Source of the DNA: Deltaproteobacteria bacterium
Lineage (GTDB): Bacteria > Desulfobacterota > GWC2-55-46 > DRQE01
Direction: 5' to 3'
Assembly (NCBI GenBank): GCA_029858205.1
Contig: JAOUFM010000006.1
Span: 6,094-70,093, forward strand
Length of the DNA stretch: 64,000 nucleotides
In this document: piece after piece, positions 1-9,982 of the stretch
Layout of the letters: each line of letters opens with the position of its first letter
Position numbering within the stretch: position 1 is the first letter of the stretch
Translations under genes and position numbers: made by a program
Notes under the pieces: model-generated
Told to the model about the DNA's origin: nothing
Databases searched by the model: none
Seen by the model: only the letters and a program-made list of their open reading frames with translations

Positions 1-623
1 AGCCTTGCCTGCTGTGTTGAGGACGGTTTTATTACCGGCGTGGTCGTTACAGGTTCTGGCTTTGGAGCAGCAGTTGTAACAGGAGGCTTTGGTGTCTCTA
101 TTGCCGCCGCAGGTACCGAAGGCGCTGTGACAGGCGTAGTAACCGTAGGCGCGGCCTTTGCCTTCTCCCTTGCAGCCTGCGAGAACTTAGAGCCTGTTCC
201 GGTTATGTCTATGACTATTCTGTAGGGGTTTGGAAGGACAAACACCTTGTACGAATCAATGCTCTCGATATCGAGCACTATGCGCGCGGTGTCTGCCGAG
301 AACTGCCCTGCTCTCACCACCTTTAGAAGCGCGTTGTTTATGGGGATGCTTTTTTCAACACCTTTGGCAAGGGTCGAGTTCTTTATGTCCACGAAAAGGC
401 GGCGCGGCTTGTTTATCGTTTCATCCTCTTTTAAAAGGTGGTCTGTGTACTCCCCGGGCTTTGCATTCAAGTCTACTACCACTCGCGTGTAGTTTGGCCC
501 GGACCAGTAGCGTATGCCCTCGACGCGCAGACCGGTCTTTGCGCCTGATAAGACAGGCATAGGTATTGCCACGAAAATGAGAGCGGCAATAACTGCAGAT
601 GCGGCTAGTATCTTTTTGGGCAT
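1..623 (-). CDS. AMIN-domain protein, probably an N-acetylmuramoyl-L-alanine amidase (AmiC-like) N-terminus; the 3' end runs off the window
   Basis: Minus-strand ORF from ATG at 621-623 with no stop before the window edge. Translation MPKKILAASAVIAALIF...GIRYWSGPNYTRVVVDL...RLFVDIKNS has a signal peptide and an AMIN-domain signature, followed by a Pro/Thr-rich linker. It is absent from the ORF track because it lacks a stop. Confidence 0.5.
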   Translation of the reverse strand, partial: MPKKILAASAVIAALIFVAIPMPVLSGAKTGLRVEGIRYWSGPNYTRVVVDLNAKPGEYTDHLLKEDETINKPRRLFVDIKNSTLAKGVEKSIPINNALLKVVRAGQFSADTARIVLDIESIDSYKVFVLPNPYRIVIDITGTGSKFSQAAREKAKAAPTVTTPVTAPSVPAAAIETPKPPVTTAAPKPEPVTTTPVIKPSSTQQAR

Positions 624-631
624 GGTCATTA

Positions 632-3235
632 TCAGTCGCCAGCGAGGTCCTTTAATTCGTTTAGTATGTTTAGCGCCTCGATGGGCGTAATCAAGTCTGC
701 GTCCACTGCCTTGAGGCGTTCCTTTAGGGCATCTGTTTTTTTGTATGACAGAGGAAGATTACCCTGCCTTGCGTCGTCCTTGCCGGCAATCCTCGGAGAG
801 CCGGAAGAGTTAAGTTCGCCGTTCTCGATGTTACGAAGTATTTCCTTTGCCCTCGCGATTACCTCTTTTGGCAGCCCCGCAAGCTTCGCTACCTGTATGC
901 CGTAGCTTTTACTGGCCCCTCCCGGGACGACGCGGCGAAGGAAGGTGATCTTGTCGCCCCATTCCTTTATAGCCATATTATAATTTTTGACGCGCTCCTT
1001 TGTCAAGGAAAGCTCTGTGAGCTCGTGGTAATGGGTGGCGAAGAGAGTTTTACAGCCAAGAGAGACTGAGTCGTGAAGATGCTCTGCAACCGCCCAGGCG
1101 ATGCTAAGGCCGTCGAATGTGGCCGTGCCCCGCCCTATCTCGTCGAGGATGACGAGGCTTCTTGGAGTTGCGTTATTTAAGATGTTCGCTGTTTCGTTCA
1201 TCTCGACCATGAAGGTGGAATGTCCTTTGGAGATGTCATCCGACGCGCCTACGCGGCTAAAGATCCTGTCCACTATGCCGATAGTAGCCTTCTTTGCCGG
1301 AACAAAGCAGCCGCACTGCGCAAGTATCGTGATTAACGCGACCTGTCTTATGAAGGTCGATTTGCCTGCCATGTTCGGGCCGGTTAGTATGACGATTTGC
1401 GTGGCCACGGTGTCGAGTGCAGTGTCGTTTGGCACGAACTCGGCCCTTATTCCAGCCTCTATGACCGGGTGGCGGCCTTCCTCTATAGTAAGCTCGGTGC
1501 CGCTGTTTATCTTAGGCTTTACGTAGTTATTGTCCTCTGATACCGACGCAAACGATATGAGGGAATCAAGTGTAGCCACGGCCTCGGAGGTCTTCTGTAT
1601 CCTTTCAACATAAGCGGCCACTGTCTTTACGATATCGGAGAAAAGCTCGGCCTCGAGGCTCTTTGCCTTTTCTTCTGACGTTAGTATTTTCGATTCCCAC
1701 TCTTTAAGCTCAGGAGTTACGAACCTCTCGGCGTTCGCGAGTGTCTGCTTACGCGAGTACTCTGGCGGCAGACAGGCGTTCTTCATCGCGCTCTGTGTTA
1801 TCTCGATATAGTAGCCAAAAACGCGGTTATACCCGACCTTTAGCGTATTGATGCCGGTTTTTTTTCTTTCCGAGCTCTCGAGCCCGGCTACCCACTCTTT
1901 TCCTCCTCCGCCGATCTTTCTAAGTTCGTCTAACTCGGCCGAGTACCCGTCGGCGATAACGCCGCCGTCCTTTAGCGTTGCAGCTGTGTTTTCTCTAACA
2001 GATCTTGCGATGAGCCCTGCTGCCTCCGGCACCGCGTCGATAGAACCGGTAATATTTTTTATCAGCGGCGAAGAAAAGTTTTTACTAAGCAGTTCTTTTA
2101 GTTCCCCTGCCCTCTCAAGCGATGCCTTTAGCGCCACCATATCGCGCGGCGAGGACATCCTTACCGCAACCTTTGCGCCAAGGCGCTCGAGGTCATAGGT
2201 CTTATCCAGGGTGTCGGCAGCCTCTACCCTCGCCCGCCGCGCCTCGATTAATTCGCCCACAGCGTCGAGCCTGGCCTTTACCCCGGCTTCGTCGATAAGC
2301 GGGCTGATGAGCCAAGAGCGAAGCGTCCTTGCGCCCATGCTCGTACGCGTTCTGTCAAGGTGGCTAAGGAGCGAGCCTTTTTTGTCGGTTGACCTTGAGT
2401 TTTCAATTAGCTCTAGACTTTTCCGCGTTGCCGCGTCCATCATCAATGCGCTGTCGGTTCTAAGACGGACAAGCTTTTTTACGTGCGTAAGCTCTGTCTT
2501 CTGCGCGTCTTTAACGTACAAGAGCAGCGCCCCTGCCGCTACGGTAGCCGCGCCTTCTGTATCAAAGCCAAAACCCTCGAGGCTTACGACCCCGAAGTGC
2601 TCCTTTAGTGCCTCTATAGCCGCTTTCTTCGAGAACTTATCCGGCGCTGCTATGATAAGCGGCCCTGCCCCGTTATCTTCCGCTCTTGCAACAGCCGCTT
2701 TGTCGCCAACGATTATCTCCGAGGGCGTAAGCTTTGCTATCTCGTCCTCGAGCACTGCGGCGCTCTCGAACTCCGAGGCCCGAAACTCCCCTGTTGATAC
2801 GTCCATGAAGGCAATCCCGTGCGTCTTGCCGCTCACACTTATTGCGGCGATAAAGTTATTCAACTTCGCATCTACTATTTCGTCCTCGAGCGCCGTGCCC
2901 GGGGTGACAACCCGCACGACCTTGCGTTCGACAACGCCCTTTGCCTCTGCCGGGTTCTCGGTCTGCTCGCATATTGCGACCTTGTGCCCTGCCTTCACGA
3001 GTTTTGCGACATATAAAGCCGCTGCATGATAGGGCACGCCGCACATGGGGATTTTTTTCTCCTTGTCCCTCGATGTAAGCGCTACCCCCATGACCTTCGA
3101 GCCCACGAGCGCGTCCTCGTAGAACATTTCGTAGAAGTCACCCATACGAAAGAACACGACCGCGTCCTTGTGCCTCTCCTTTATCTCGAGGTACTGGCGC
3201 ATCGCAGGGGTTGCGTTTTCGATATCCATAGCCAT
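632..3235 (-). CDS. mutS: DNA mismatch repair protein MutS
   Basis: 868-aa ORF with an N-terminal mismatch-binding motif (TPAMRQYLEIK...GDFYEMF), a Walker A (GPNMAGKST) and a full-length MutS architecture. The start is probably the ATG that overlaps the upstream stop. Confidence 0.95.
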   Translation of the reverse strand: MAMDIENATPAMRQYLEIKERHKDAVVFFRMGDFYEMFYEDALVGSKVMGVALTSRDKEKKIPMCGVPYHAAALYVAKLVKAGHKVAICEQTENPAEAKGVVERKVVRVVTPGTALEDEIVDAKLNNFIAAISVSGKTHGIAFMDVSTGEFRASEFESAAVLEDEIAKLTPSEIIVGDKAAVARAEDNGAGPLIIAAPDKFSKKAAIEALKEHFGVVSLEGFGFDTEGAATVAAGALLLYVKDAQKTELTHVKKLVRLRTDSALMMDAATRKSLELIENSRSTDKKGSLLSHLDRTRTSMGARTLRSWLISPLIDEAGVKARLDAVGELIEARRARVEAADTLDKTYDLERLGAKVAVRMSSPRDMVALKASLERAGELKELLSKNFSSPLIKNITGSIDAVPEAAGLIARSVRENTAATLKDGGVIADGYSAELDELRKIGGGGKEWVAGLESSERKKTGINTLKVGYNRVFGYYIEITQSAMKNACLPPEYSRKQTLANAERFVTPELKEWESKILTSEEKAKSLEAELFSDIVKTVAAYVERIQKTSEAVATLDSLISFASVSEDNNYVKPKINSGTELTIEEGRHPVIEAGIRAEFVPNDTALDTVATQIVILTGPNMAGKSTFIRQVALITILAQCGCFVPAKKATIGIVDRIFSRVGASDDISKGHSTFMVEMNETANILNNATPRSLVILDEIGRGTATFDGLSIAWAVAEHLHDSVSLGCKTLFATHYHELTELSLTKERVKNYNMAIKEWGDKITFLRRVVPGGASKSYGIQVAKLAGLPKEVIARAKEILRNIENGELNSSGSPRIAGKDDARQGNLPLSYKKTDALKERLKAVDADLITPIEALNILNELKDLAGD

Positions 3236-5463
3236 CACACTATCCAGTGCGTCTGTTCGTAGTCGGTATCAGGAGCCTCTATCGAGAGATACCCTCTTGC
3301 CGGCCAGCGCTCGCTTTTTTTGCCGCTCTCGTAAGAGACCTCTATAAAGAGCCTCAGCTCGTCCCTTGCCTTTGCGCCGAATACGGAAAACGGCACTGCC
3401 ATCTCGACAACGCTTTGCGACTTGATTGTCTCTAACTGCACGGCATCTCCCCATGTATTGGAGCCGACGTCTTTTTGATATATGTTCGCCGAAGAGCTTG
3501 CTCCCTCGACATTCACCTCAATTTTAACCTCGCGCGGGCTAAGCGCCGTTATCTCAAAGCTCCAGGGCTTCTCGTACACGCCGTCGCTGTCAGTGAGTTC
3601 TTTTTTGTAATCGAACCTGAGAAACAATCTATCGATGCTAAAGCCGTAGAGTATTTTACCCAGCAGCCCGCCCTTTAGTTCCGAGACCTGGTGCATTGCG
3701 CCGCCTGTCTTTTGCGCCTCTATAGCTGCGGCAGAGAGCCATTCGAAATAATTTGTGACCTTGCCGTCTATCACAGGTTCCATAAAGGCGTGCGGCAATG
3801 CAGAGGGCACGAACCCGCGTTCTTCGGAGATGATGGGTATGTCGAGTGATGAAGGAGGCTCTTCGCCAAGGAGCGCGTAGACCTTTTTAAGATAAGACCG
3901 GAAAAGAAGGTCGAACTGTTTGTCGTTCATGGATGCGTGCTCGTCGCCGTACCACCAGAACCAGTCGCTGCCTTCCGCCGCGTAGAGCGCGTTCCACGCG
4001 CCTTGGATGTCCTCGTTCTCAGAGCTCGACCGTAAGGCGTGTTTCTTTATCATGTCTCTTGCGCCGCTTATCGCGTCCCACGCCGAGTTATCCTCCTGAT
4101 GCCCTATCCAGATCTTGAAGTTCCCGTTTATCCACGACCCGCTCGCTATGCGCTCAAGGGGCTCAGCTGAGCCGTAAGAATTAAGGAACTCGGAAACAGT
4201 TACCGTGCGAGCGAAATCGGAGTCGGAAAGACGCGAGTAAAGTTCGCGGAAAAAATCGTTACCGTCGTTAGGATAGGACTCCCATGCGTTCTCGCCGTCG
4301 AGTATTACCGATACAAGAGAGCGTGCCGGGTCTTTTGTGACAGCGTGTATCTTTTTAATCCGCTCCATGAAATCAGCGGCAGCGTCCTTTGCCCCGAACT
4401 TCGAGTAATCGAAGCCGATTCTGTCGGAGATGACGCGGTCGCGAAATATCATGTTCATGCTGGAAGCGCCCTGCCCGACCCTGTAGGGCTTGTATATCAT
4501 GTCGGTTGTCGGATGTCCGTACTTATCTCTCTCGGCCCTCTGCCTAAGAGAGGCCTCGAGTATCGCCTCGTCGGTAGCTATCCAATTTATCCCTTCCTCT
4601 GCCATTATCTTGACGGCCTCCATACTGACCGAGCCTTCGCTTGGCCACATGCCTTTTGGAGCAAAGCCGAATGTGTCCTTGAAAGACTTGATTGCCCTTC
4701 TCACGTGCTCTCTTGCGTCCTCTGGCGTCAGCACGCGTGTTTTAGGGAGCGAAACTCCCGGCATTGCTTCCCTTGCGCTGTCGCTATCGCATAGAAGCGG
4801 CAGTATCGGATGAAAGTACGGCGAGACGGTAAGCTCGATTTGCCCCTTCTCGGCCATTTCCTTATACTTGGGGATGATGGCTCGCATGATAGCCGTCTGC
4901 TTTATAAGGAGCTTTGCCTTGTCGTCTTCGCTAAAGTTCCTGCCCTTTTCAGTCAGGGCTTTTAAGAATTCGTCCTTTTCGCGAAGCATTGGGTCTATCC
5001 ATGAGAGGAAAAATAGCACTTGCAGATCGCGGTACTCTTCAGTTGAGAAAAACCTTATTGCTGCCTCGGTATCTTCCCTTAGCCACGAGAACCCTCTCTT
5101 CACAAGAAGAGACCAGTACCGGCTAAACGGCCTTATGACAGTTTCCCAGTTGGCCTGGAAAAAACTTTCCAGTAAAAAGAACTTGTCGTCGGCGGTAAGC
5201 TCTTCCGAGCTCTTCGCAACGACTGCCCGGTATTTGTCGTTTACCGTATCGGACTCGTAATCCCTTATCTGTTCGATGAGAGACGGAACAAGGTTGAAGG
5301 TCTGCTTTATGCTTGGGAAGCCCTCGAGCATGGAGGGCATGTCGAGGTAGTCTTTGGTGCCGTGGAGAAGCACCCATGGAAGTATGTACTCGCCGCTAAA
5401 AGGGTCTTTGTATATCGGCTGGTGCATATGCCATACAAAGGCTATGTTGAGCCGTTTATCCAT
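3235..5463 (-). CDS. Glycoside hydrolase family 57 protein (alpha-amylase/alpha-glucanotransferase-like) with a C-terminal extension
   Basis: The NIAFVWHMHQPIYKDPF...ILPWVLLHGTKDY motifs are typical of GH57. The start is most likely the internal MDKRL, immediately after the upstream stop. Confidence 0.8.
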   Translation of the reverse strand: MDKRLNIAFVWHMHQPIYKDPFSGEYILPWVLLHGTKDYLDMPSMLEGFPSIKQTFNLVPSLIEQIRDYESDTVNDKYRAVVAKSSEELTADDKFFLLESFFQANWETVIRPFSRYWSLLVKRGFSWLREDTEAAIRFFSTEEYRDLQVLFFLSWIDPMLREKDEFLKALTEKGRNFSEDDKAKLLIKQTAIMRAIIPKYKEMAEKGQIELTVSPYFHPILPLLCDSDSAREAMPGVSLPKTRVLTPEDAREHVRRAIKSFKDTFGFAPKGMWPSEGSVSMEAVKIMAEEGINWIATDEAILEASLRQRAERDKYGHPTTDMIYKPYRVGQGASSMNMIFRDRVISDRIGFDYSKFGAKDAAADFMERIKKIHAVTKDPARSLVSVILDGENAWESYPNDGNDFFRELYSRLSDSDFARTVTVSEFLNSYGSAEPLERIASGSWINGNFKIWIGHQEDNSAWDAISGARDMIKKHALRSSSENEDIQGAWNALYAAEGSDWFWWYGDEHASMNDKQFDLLFRSYLKKVYALLGEEPPSSLDIPIISEERGFVPSALPHAFMEPVIDGKVTNYFEWLSAAAIEAQKTGGAMHQVSELKGGLLGKILYGFSIDRLFLRFDYKKELTDSDGVYEKPWSFEITALSPREVKIEVNVEGASSSANIYQKDVGSNTWGDAVQLETIKSQSVVEMAVPFSVFGAKARDELRLFIEVSYESGKKSERWPARGYLSIEAPDTDYEQTHWIV

Positions 5464-5467
5464 GGCG

Positions 5468-6742
5468 TCATACGGGGGCCTTGAAGACGTAGAGACGCCC
5501 TTTTCTGTCGATGAATGCCGCGCCGCCGTTAAACAGCGCCGGCTCCGATAGCATATATGTCCCGAACTTTTTCTCCCACACAACGGTTCCGTCCGTTGCA
5601 GAATAGACCGTGATATACGATACGTCCTTTTCGAGCCTCTTTATGCCAAGCGGCCTGTGCTTGGCGTTTCTGAAGACAAATATATGATTGCCGGACATTG
5701 CGAGGAAACTTACGGTCGAATCCTTTGGCATATCGGATATCCAGAGCACCTCTCCGGTAGAGGCCGTCATGGCCGTCATTCGCTCGTTGGTTGCCGCGTA
5801 GAACACGCCGTCCTTGATGGCAAAGTCCGAGACCCCGGTTATATCATAGCGTATTTTTTTCTCCCCGCTAATAGCGTCGTATGCAGTGACGTACCCGCCG
5901 TAGTCTATGGCATAGACCATGGAGCCGCCAAGCAGCGGGGCGTGTCTTGCGCCCCTGTCAGCCAGGTAATTGCCTGTAGAACGCGCTTGCCAGAGTTCTC
6001 GCCCTGTCGAAGCGTCAAGCGCTGCCAGGTATCCATCAGAGAACATTACATAGAGACGTCCGTCTGCGTACGCAGGCGAGTTGACGAGGCGCGGCAGCAC
6101 TGTTTCGCCAGACGGGCTCGAAGCCCCCCAGAGCTTCTTGCCTGTTGCGGCGTCAAGGGCGTAGAGACGGTTATCTTCGGAAAGCATGAAAACGCGACCC
6201 TCGGCAATGACCGGGGCCGCAAGTATCTCGGCCTTGGCGTCCATTTTCCAAAGCTCTGCCCCGCTTTTACGGTCAAGGCAGTGAAATACCGTATTGACCG
6301 TTCCAAAACATACCTTATCGCCATCGACCGTAGGCGCTCCGTTTACCGGGCTCTTCGGCTTGAACTTCCACACGGTCTTGCCGCTTGTCAGATCAAAGGC
6401 GAAAAACCGGTTACCGGGTGAACCGGCGTAGAGGATGTTATCGTAGACAATCGGGCTCGATGACGTATCGGGAACGCTTAGCTTGAAAAAGCGCTGGTAA
6501 AACGTCCTGACCGAGCGTTTCCAGGTCTTTTTTAGCGGCACGTCGATGGGGCCGGGATGCATGGAATCCCTCTTATAATCGCTGTGGTGAGTGCCCCATG
6601 CCGTTTCTATAGGTGCTGCGCTTTCCGTGTCAGCCTTAGGCGCTACAGCGCCGGCGCAGCCGGATACGAAGAAAATAAAACATAAGACCAGTACTAAATT
6701 AAATCGTCTATCCAAGTATTTTCTCAAGCAAAGTTTCGGCAT
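5468..6742 (-). CDS. PQQ-like beta-propeller repeat lipoprotein (BamB-like)
   Basis: Signal peptide with a lipobox-like Cys (LVLVLCFIFFVSGC), followed by repeated W/Y-rich beta-propeller blades (YAGSPGNRFFAFDLTSGKTVWKF...). Confidence 0.55.
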   Translation of the reverse strand: MPKLCLRKYLDRRFNLVLVLCFIFFVSGCAGAVAPKADTESAAPIETAWGTHHSDYKRDSMHPGPIDVPLKKTWKRSVRTFYQRFFKLSVPDTSSSPIVYDNILYAGSPGNRFFAFDLTSGKTVWKFKPKSPVNGAPTVDGDKVCFGTVNTVFHCLDRKSGAELWKMDAKAEILAAPVIAEGRVFMLSEDNRLYALDAATGKKLWGASSPSGETVLPRLVNSPAYADGRLYVMFSDGYLAALDASTGRELWQARSTGNYLADRGARHAPLLGGSMVYAIDYGGYVTAYDAISGEKKIRYDITGVSDFAIKDGVFYAATNERMTAMTASTGEVLWISDMPKDSTVSFLAMSGNHIFVFRNAKHRPLGIKRLEKDVSYITVYSATDGTVVWEKKFGTYMLSEPALFNGGAAFIDRKGRLYVFKAPV

Positions 6743-7355
6743 TTTTTCTGGCTATTTTAAACTCCTCTTCCGTCATATTGGCGCCAATGGCAACGCGTCT
6801 GGCAGTATCGACCGTTATAAGGTCGCCCGGCGAATGCGTATCGGTATTTACGATAAGACCGACACCGTGCTTTCTTGCGGCTGCCGCCACGTGGCCGTTT
6901 GTGAGGCTGTGGCCTTTTCTGGAGGTTATCTCGAAATATACGCCTGCCTTTGCCGCAAGCACAGCGTCTTCGGCGCTAACGAGCCCCGGATGCGCGAGTA
7001 TGTCCACCCCTGCCCTTATGGCAGCACTGTTGGTTCCGGCCTCCACAGGCTCTACAATTGTCTCTCCGTGGCAAACGACTATTTTTGCGCCAAGCTTACG
7101 TGCCCTGGCTGCAAGCGGCCCTATGGCCTCCGGGGCAACGTGCGTTATCTCAACGCCAGGGACGACCTTTACCCTGCCGCCTTTGTATGATGCCGTGAAG
7201 CGAAGCGTCTGCTCTATTACTTCTTCCATATTGGATTCATCCACATGGTCGGTGATTGCAAGCGCCCTGTACCCTGCGGCAGCGGCCCTGGCCGCGAGCT
7301 CGGAGGCAATGAGCTCGCCGTCCGAGTTAAAGGTGTGCGTGTGAAAATCTATCAT
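6708..7355 (-). CDS. PHP-domain phosphoesterase (histidinol-phosphatase-like)
   Basis: MIDFHTHTFNSDG...ITDHVD...HSPGDL is a PHP metal-binding His/Asp pattern. Confidence 0.6.
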   Translation of the reverse strand: MIDFHTHTFNSDGELIASELAARAAAAGYRALAITDHVDESNMEEVIEQTLRFTASYKGGRVKVVPGVEITHVAPEAIGPLAARARKLGAKIVVCHGETIVEPVEAGTNSAAIRAGVDILAHPGLVSAEDAVLAAKAGVYFEITSRKGHSLTNGHVAAAARKHGVGLIVNTDTHSPGDLITVDTARRVAIGANMTEEEFKIARKNAETLLEKILG

Positions 7356-8908
7356 GCGCCTCCGCTTGAGGCGAAGTCGGTTGCCGAGATATGGCTCATG
7401 AAGGCCTTGAGCACCTTTATGATGCTCTCCTTCTGGTCCGTGCCGCCCTTTAACACGTTTAACTCGTCCGAGGGCTTCATGGCCGCAAGACGCTTGAAGT
7501 TCGCAGTCTGTTCGGCCGATATATCGCTGTTTGCGACAGCGACGTTTAATACCGGCACCCGCCTGTTCGTTACGATGCGTTCCTTGAACTTGTTCATGTC
7601 ACCGAATGTGGCGGTATTCTCGTCCATGAGTATTATCGCGCCGATAAGGTTCGGATAGAACGTTATCATCAGCGGCACCATCGCGAGGTTGCACGGCACG
7701 GAGTAAAAGGCGATATCCAAGTCTCCGTAGACCCTTATGGCCCCTATCTCGCCGAGTATGAAGTCCTCTATCTTCGAGCCGCCTTTAAGGTCCAACGGGC
7801 TTCTAAAGTCCGGAAGTTTCGAACACGCGGCCACGAAGTCCTTTGCAAGTGCCGGGGACGGAGATGCCACGAACACGCGGCCAAAGTTCACGTTCAGGTT
7901 CTCGCCCCACTTGCCTATGACCTGTTCCTTTATCCTCACGGCCTGTGCAGGAGTCACAATGCTAAGCTTGTCGGTATCAGGGCCGCCGGTGTCCTTTACC
8001 TCGGATAAGATATTTCTCTGTATAAGATTCCTTATGGTCGTGTATGCGTCGTAATCCGGGAAGGAGCAGTGGTCGACAAGCTCCTTTACCGTCGAGTAGT
8101 ACTTCGTAAGGAATATTATTTCTGAAATGGCCGGCTTTAGCCCCTTTGGAAGCGTTGCGGTGTCGACGTTAACCTTGATAAGGGAATTATCGCGCGGGAA
8201 CTTGTCTTTATCCCTCTCGAACTCATCGAAGAGCCTGGCGCCTTCCATTAGAAGGTTTCCTGTCGGCACGTCGATTTTTTGCGGCACGTTAACAGGCTCC
8301 GGCACGAACTCAAAGGCCCCTTTGGGCCACATGAAGAAGCGGTAGAGGGCCTTTTCCTTCTCGGCCTCGGCAACGGTAGCGTTAAACACCTGGCCGCCCT
8401 TCATGTATATCTTGCCGACGTGCTTGTCGCCCTGTATGGTAAGGACGCCTTCCTTCTGGTTAAAGTGCAATACCTGAAGAAGATCCACAAGCGACATCTG
8501 CGCCAGGTCTCCCCTGATGTGCCCTGCCGCGTCCGCGCCGGAAGCTATAAACATGCCCTGCTTTACTACGCCGTAGAGCTCGCCCCAGTGGAATGGACGT
8601 ACGAGTATCGTGTCAGTGCCAGGACGGTAGCCCTTTACGTCGGTCTGCTTGTCCGCTATGAAGACAAACGGCACGGACGCCGTCTTAGGGTTGCTTTTTA
8701 CCATCTGAAGGAGCCTGTCTGCGGTAACGCCTGCGATGTTTACGTCGCATATTATGACGCCAGGGGCACGCTTTATGACCTCTTCCATGGTCTTTGCGCC
8801 GTCATTCGTAACGACGTGCTCGAGGGCGTTTTCCTTTAGCCCTTTTGTAATGGAGGAGGTATCCTCGTCGTTTTTCAGCGCGAGCAGTATGTATTTGGTC
8901 TCGGCCAT
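7352..8908 (-). CDS. Receiver (REC) - PATAN/DUF4388 - C-terminal degenerate Ras-like (P-loop-less) domain protein
   Basis: N-terminal CheY-like fold (GVIICDVNIAG...FVFIADKQ). The central GDLAQMSLVDLLQVLHFNQKEGVLTI segment is the DUF4388/PATAN signature. The C-terminal ~200 aa resemble a small GTPase fold (DIAFYSVP..., ...NVAVANSD) but lack a GxxxxGK[ST] P-loop. Confidence 0.5.
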   Translation of the reverse strand: MAETKYILLALKNDEDTSSITKGLKENALEHVVTNDGAKTMEEVIKRAPGVIICDVNIAGVTADRLLQMVKSNPKTASVPFVFIADKQTDVKGYRPGTDTILVRPFHWGELYGVVKQGMFIASGADAAGHIRGDLAQMSLVDLLQVLHFNQKEGVLTIQGDKHVGKIYMKGGQVFNATVAEAEKEKALYRFFMWPKGAFEFVPEPVNVPQKIDVPTGNLLMEGARLFDEFERDKDKFPRDNSLIKVNVDTATLPKGLKPAISEIIFLTKYYSTVKELVDHCSFPDYDAYTTIRNLIQRNILSEVKDTGGPDTDKLSIVTPAQAVRIKEQVIGKWGENLNVNFGRVFVASPSPALAKDFVAACSKLPDFRSPLDLKGGSKIEDFILGEIGAIRVYGDLDIAFYSVPCNLAMVPLMITFYPNLIGAIILMDENTATFGDMNKFKERIVTNRRVPVLNVAVANSDISAEQTANFKRLAAMKPSDELNVLKGGTDQKESIIKVLKAFMSHISATDFASSGGA

Positions 8909-9966
8909 TAGAGCTGCTCCTGCAGATACATGTCTCTCTGGAACTTGGTGATAAGACCCTCGACGATATACGGGTTAGCAGTGTGGAAACAGTTATACGT
9001 CTCCCCCCAGCTCTCTTTGCATATAAGCGCATAAGCCGCGTGCTCGGTAAGGAAGAACGTAAAGAGCATCTCGGTTACTCGCGGGTCGTTTATGGTAATG
9101 GCAATGGCATTACGGATGTCGGCGTTCTTGTCGACGTGCTCGCCGACGAGAAAGACTTTTGTAGAGCTCCTGCCCATGTTCTTTATGGTCTTTAGTATCG
9201 GCAGGTCTGCGGATATGTTCTTTGCGCCTATGTAAAGCACGCCGCGCCTGTCGGGGTTTCGTATGATCTCTTTTATGATAGCGTCGTTGATGCGGCCGAT
9301 ATAGTCCATGTTAAAATCGCTATTGCCGCCGGCATCGAAGGTCTGGAAGTCGTAGCCCGAGAGGCTCCCGGAGGTAAGAAGCGCAACTACCTCCCAGAAG
9401 AGCTTTGTCTTTAGCTGCTTTTGCTCCCAAAACGATGTCTTTATCTCGTGGAGCCTTGTGGTGGCCATGTTAACGAGCTCGCCGTACCCGACCGAATCCT
9501 TCGGGAACGTGGACTGCGACACCACGACAGATGCATGCGGGTCGCCCTTGTGCGTGTAGGGCTCGAGCGCCTTGGTGAGCTTCTTTAGCGTTATCAGGGA
9601 GCCGAAGTAATCGGTATTGGGAAGCACCATCAGCACGCGCCGCTCATCGAGCTTTCCGGCAACGTCGCAGTTGCGGATTACCTTGATGACGATGTCGGAA
9701 ACTATCTTCATGAAGGACTCGAGCTCCGCGCCCTCGGCCTTTCTCGCGCCGCTAGCGAAGCTGTCTACCTGAAGAAGTATCACCGAAAACGACATGCCGT
9801 AGCGCTCGGCCCTTACGCTCTCTATCTTTCCGTACTCGTTTACGAAGAAAGAGTCGTAGATGCGCCCTTCGATGCTCTTGGTCATTTCCTCGAGCCTCGA
9901 TGGCTTTGACGCTGCGGCCTCTTCGGCCTCGGAAAGTTTTTCGAAATCTACGAAATTATCGGACAT
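8908..9966 (-). CDS. Degenerate (catalytically inactive) GGDEF-like domain protein with an uncharacterized C-terminal domain
   Basis: RAERYGMSFSVILLQVDSF...KLDERRVLMVLP follows the GGDEF-domain skeleton (RxGxxFSxxxxDxDxF...RxGGxEFxxLLP) with the GG[DE]EF motif replaced by DERRV. The probable start is the internal MSDNFVDF, at about 9966. Confidence 0.5.
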   Translation of the reverse strand: MSDNFVDFEKLSEAEEAAASKPSRLEEMTKSIEGRIYDSFFVNEYGKIESVRAERYGMSFSVILLQVDSFASGARKAEGAELESFMKIVSDIVIKVIRNCDVAGKLDERRVLMVLPNTDYFGSLITLKKLTKALEPYTHKGDPHASVVVSQSTFPKDSVGYGELVNMATTRLHEIKTSFWEQKQLKTKLFWEVVALLTSGSLSGYDFQTFDAGGNSDFNMDYIGRINDAIIKEIIRNPDRRGVLYIGAKNISADLPILKTIKNMGRSSTKVFLVGEHVDKNADIRNAIAITINDPRVTEMLFTFFLTEHAAYALICKESWGETYNCFHTANPYIVEGLITKFQRDMYLQEQL

Positions 9967-9982
9967 TATTCTCTCTGCCCCG

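Noticed and set aside
2211-3029. Long antisense ORFs inside well-supported genes (e.g. 2211-3029, 18454-19032, 34601-35384, 46745-47293, 60294-61490)
   Set aside because: They sit on the strand opposite to confidently identified conserved genes (mutS, the spermidine-synthase-like gene, proB, mrcA, aroA). They have Ala/Ser/Arg-rich composition typical of high-GC antisense frames and show no motifs.
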